Positions 61,968 to 64,000 of a stretch of DNA of 64,000 nt are shown here, one piece after another. Source of the stretch: Eledone cirrhosa (taxonomy: Eukaryota); NCBI GenBank assembly GCA_964016885.1, contig OZ024740.1:307458001-307522000 (forward strand), read 5' to 3'. Under the pieces are notes generated by a model that saw nothing but the letters and a program-made list of their open reading frames with translations, did not search any database and was not told the DNA's origin. How positions within the stretch are numbered: the stretch's first letter is position 1; every line of letters starts with the position of its first letter. The position numbers were made by a program, and so were the translations under genes.

Positions 61968-62322
61968 ATCATCATCACCCACCACCACCACCACCACCAC
62001 CGTCACCCACCACCACTGTCACCCCTAACCACCATCACTACCACCGTCCACCACCACCACCACCACCGACACGACCACCGCTGCCGCCACCACCAACACA
62101 ACCACCACCACCACCTTCACACACACCACTGTCACCTACCCCCCCCCCCCCCCCCCACATCTCCCCCACCAGTCATCCTCCACCACCACCACAGTCATCC
62201 ACCACCACCGTTGTCCACCACCACCACCACCACCACCACCACCACCACCACCATCATCATCATTATCAACATCAATATAATCATCATCATCATCATCAAA
62301 CTCCGTATCCTTATCATTATTG
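61968..62322. repeat. (CCA)n/(CAT)n low-complexity tract
   Basis: Seen directly; it explains the Pro/His-rich ORF at 61853-62344. Confidence 0.85.
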
Positions 62323-62349
62323 CTGTCGTCATCGATTTTTGTGACACCC

Positions 62350-62389
<40 letters not shown>

Positions 62390-62669
62390 AGAAAAACCAC
62401 AAACCCTCCATCTCAATTCTATTTTTGAAAATAAGAAGGACTGCGAAACCGGTAAAGGAACCAAATAAATATAGTTGCATTTTCGATTTCATCTTTTTTC
62501 CTTATATATATATATATATACATACATATCACTCAAGTAAACAAACGTCGGTTGCTCAAATAATCTACCGACTTTAGTCGTAAACAGACGTAAAGCGCTC
62601 TACAACTTGTTTTCCTTAAAGTATTATCAATAAGGTATCAAACGGAGTGTTAATATTGTAAAGGAGAGA

Positions 62670-63275
62670 GGCGGTGGATTGGCAGTATCGGTAGAGGGTC
62701 GGACGCCATGCTTTCCAGCATACTTACGTCCCTTTACGATCTGAGTTCAAATCCCGCCGAGGTTGATTTTGCCTTTCATCCTTACGGGGTCGATAAAATA
62801 AAGTACCAGTAATGAACTGGGTTATTGCTGGCCTTGTGCCTAAAGTAGAAACAAATATTGTAAAGGAGAGAGGCGGTTTTGAATGTGAATCCTCTCTTTA
62901 TTGTATATATAGTAAAACAGATAGCAAACATAGCTACTGTTTAGAAAGTATGAATATGGTCTGAGTTCAAATCCCGCCGAGGTTAACTTTGCCTTTCATC
63001 CTTACGGGGGTCGATAAAATGAAATACCAGTAATGCACTGGGATAATTGCTGGCCTTGTGCCAAAAGTAGAAACAATTAATTATATTAGACGGTGGATTG
63101 GCAGTATCGGTAGAGAGTCGGACGCCATGCTTTCCAGCATAGTTACGTCCCTTTACGGTCTGAGTTCAAATCCCGCCGAGGTTAACTTTGCCTTTCATCC
63201 TTACGGGGTCGATAAAATAAAGTACCAGTAATGCACTGCGATGATTGCTGGCCTTGTGCTAAAACTAGAAACAAT
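62670..63275 (+). mobile_element. Three young SINE family A copies (62670-62854, 62958-63077 truncated, 63090-63275)
   Basis: Best-conserved copies: ggcggtggattggcagtatcggtagagggtcggacgccatgctttccagcat...ctgagttcaaatcccgccgaggtt...gtagaaacaa. Confidence 0.9.
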
Positions 63276-64000
63276 TAATTATATTAATAGAAAAAGGGGA
63301 TAGTGAGAGCTCTATTAAAATTTAAATATCAGAGAAGATGATAATAAACAATTTTGAGCTAACAAATTTATTATGTATTAATATACTTACCATAAATAAA
63401 AAAAAAAAAATCAACTGTAATTATGCTAATTAAATGTATAAACATTAAATCTATCGTATTTTAAATTATTACTAGTACCAGATAAAAGAAAATGTGCAAA
63501 ACCAGTCTAAGAATAGTTAAGATATAGAGAATTTAATTATGTTATCAAAACATAAAGAATATTACAAACTCTTTAAGAATTACGGGAATATCGGAAATAA
63601 TTTAATAAACTATTCTTCACAATTTATTATCATCATTTATGAATATAATGAGAACATTTTTATATTATGCAAATCAGGTGTATATATTCAAAGTTAATAA
63701 TTATCTTATAAATATTTCTCCTGCATGATCGAGTATATATACGGTATTGCAATGTAAATACTGTTAGTGGAAACATTATAATGTTTAAATGTTACTAATG
63801 GACAGAAGGATTAACTTTATTAAGTTAATCAAAATCTCTTAGATAATACAAACTCATAAATACCAGTATTAACAAGTTAAATTCAAGTATCAATGTAATT
63901 AATATAAAGAAAAAGTGTTAGCTAATTATGTTCAACAAGAGGTATAAGAATTTAATTAACACTTATTTTATAATTGTTATTCTTGTAAGAATAAGCGTAT

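Noticed and set aside
61853-62344. Pro/His-rich 163-aa ORF
   Set aside because: It derives from (CCA)n/(CAT)n low-complexity sequence with no splice or domain evidence.
62670-62760. tRNA genes at the SINE heads
   Set aside because: A/B-box-like motifs are present, but there is no cloverleaf and they are always fused to the SINE core.
63300-64000. Very AT-rich tail as a possible mitochondrial insertion
   Set aside because: No recognisable mitochondrial gene, tRNA or rRNA motif.

Overview
Repeat-saturated animal intergenic/intronic DNA with no host protein-coding exon I can support. The very dense (TA)n/(CA)n/(TATG)n microsatellites and the SINE repertoire suggest a cephalopod/Octopus-like genome (inference). 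Most entries in the ORF track are microsatellite artefacts. The recognisable coding material is transposon-derived and disrupted: a Tx1/L1-type LINE 3' end, a near full-length RTE LINE, five main Penelope-like (PLE; RT + GIY-YIG) copies or fragments from about three families plus a further degenerate piece, a Gypsy gag-protease relic, MULE and hAT transposase relics, a Helitron-like element, about 20 tRNA-derived SINE copies and a U2 snRNA pseudogene. The standout is a hammerhead-ribozyme (HHR) system. A 310-bp tandem array at 30048-32797 carries a perfect minimal type I HHR in every unit, is arranged as two divergent arrays, and is inserted in (TA)n; it looks like a retrozyme. About a dozen other HHR or HHR-like motifs from several sequence families lie in short non-coding (TA)n-embedded elements and in the PLE terminal repeats. 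This suggests a community of ribozyme-bearing small RNA elements mobilised into (TA)n by Penelope-like retroelements. All assignments were made by eye; no database search or folding program was run.
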